A DNA stretch of 64,000 nt from an uncultured Candidatus Saccharibacteria bacterium (GTDB taxonomy: Bacteria; Patescibacteriota; Minisyncoccia; Minisyncoccales; GWA2-38-27). Within the stretch, counting starts at the first letter, position 1; every line of letters starts with the position of its first letter. Below the pieces are notes generated by a model. It was not told the origin of the DNA. It was given only the letters and a program-made list of their open reading frames with translations, and made no database searches. The position numbers and the translations under genes are program-made. Below are positions 63,569 to 64,000 of this stretch, piece after piece. The DNA is taken from positions 2,959 to 66,958 of the forward strand of contig CAZOVC010000002.1 in assembly GCA_964583485.1 (NCBI GenBank), written 5' to 3'.

Positions 63569-64000
63569 AATTTTAGTGATTTAAAATATTTTTTAAATGC
63601 ACGATTGTCTATTTTTGTGGCTAAGTCCTTTAACTTATTTTTATCAATAGAATCTAAGATAAGTTCTTCTACGCTTAAAGAACCTCTCCCCAAGGCAACG
63701 AAAAACAAAGCATCAATAAGCGCCTTTTCGGGGGTAGCAATAAGAAAACCATCTACCTGTTGATAATCTGAATAATATTTTTGATTGAGGTGCATATAGA
63801 CAAAATCCCTACCACCTGCTTCTATCTTTTTTGTGAGATTGGGAGTAATTGAAATAATCTGCTGAGGAGACTGAATTAAAATACCATAATAATTAAGCGC
63901 CGAATCCAAAGACACATAAGAAGGTTTGTATAAAAAATTAGCCAACTCAAAATCGGTAGGTTTATTTGAGATTAAATAATATACGCCCTTTGAGGCTCTT
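63565..64000 (-). CDS. AbiEi-family antitoxin/transcriptional regulator, partial (N-terminus lies beyond the window's right edge)
   Basis: C-terminal region ...ATPEKALIDALFF... . The reading frame stays open to the window edge. Overlaps AbiEii by 4 nt. Confidence 0.55.
   Translation of the reverse strand, partial: RASKGVYYLISNKPTDFELANFLYKPSYVSLDSALNYYGILIQSPQQIISITPNLTKKIEAGGRDFVYMHLNQKYYSDYQQVDGFLIATPEKALIDALFFVALGRGSLSVEELILDSIDKNKLKDLATKIDNRAFKKYFKSLKL

Overview
This 64 kb window looks like a low-GC (about one third G+C) Patescibacteria/CPR-like chromosome. Genes are compact, often overlap, and most lie on the minus strand.

Housekeeping content:
- grpE-dnaK.
- A divergent glycosylation pair: a GT2-GtrA fusion and a GT-C/ArnT-like gene.
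- Cell-wall genes: ftsQ-like, femAB, a DegT aminotransferase, murF-like, murG, ftsW, murD, murI, mraY, a DD-carboxypeptidase and murC.
- serS, lysS, aspS, csrA, thpR, fmt and xseAB.
- An ECF sigma factor next to a MacAB-like efflux set.

Accessory content, in window order:
1. A 36-37 nt bulged palindromic element in three copies. Two are inserted in frame inside the GT2-GtrA and LysRS coding sequences. The third exactly fills an intercistronic gap.
2. A small-gene cassette (promoter, upstream palindrome, variable CDS, shared 3' terminator) present twice, bracketing a HEPN/MNT toxin-antitoxin pair between lysS and murG.
3. A standalone tRNA with a consensus promoter whose anticodon loop reads as UUA, a possible ochre suppressor.
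4. A roughly 10 kb co-directional cluster: DUF134, two MinD-type Fe-S ATPases, ZnuBC-like ABC, a G3E GTPase, ferredoxins, a CDF-NifX fusion, a NifX-like protein and two DUF5320-like proteins, several with Gly/Arg-rich segments.
5. A 50-nt element with a perfect 10-bp inverted repeat, present twice 47 kb apart.
6. A high-GC foreign island (about 51.6-53.95 kb) with direct repeats, large hairpins, a C-terminal gene fragment, eight octamer repeats and one high-GC gene.
7. A defence island: a frameshifted MmeI-like type IIL R-M gene, an Mrr-like small protein, a 717-aa PD-(D/E)xK protein and AbiEi/AbiEii.

No CRISPR array or rRNA is visible. All calls rest on reading the sequence and the supplied ORF translations by eye. 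No database searches or computations were run.
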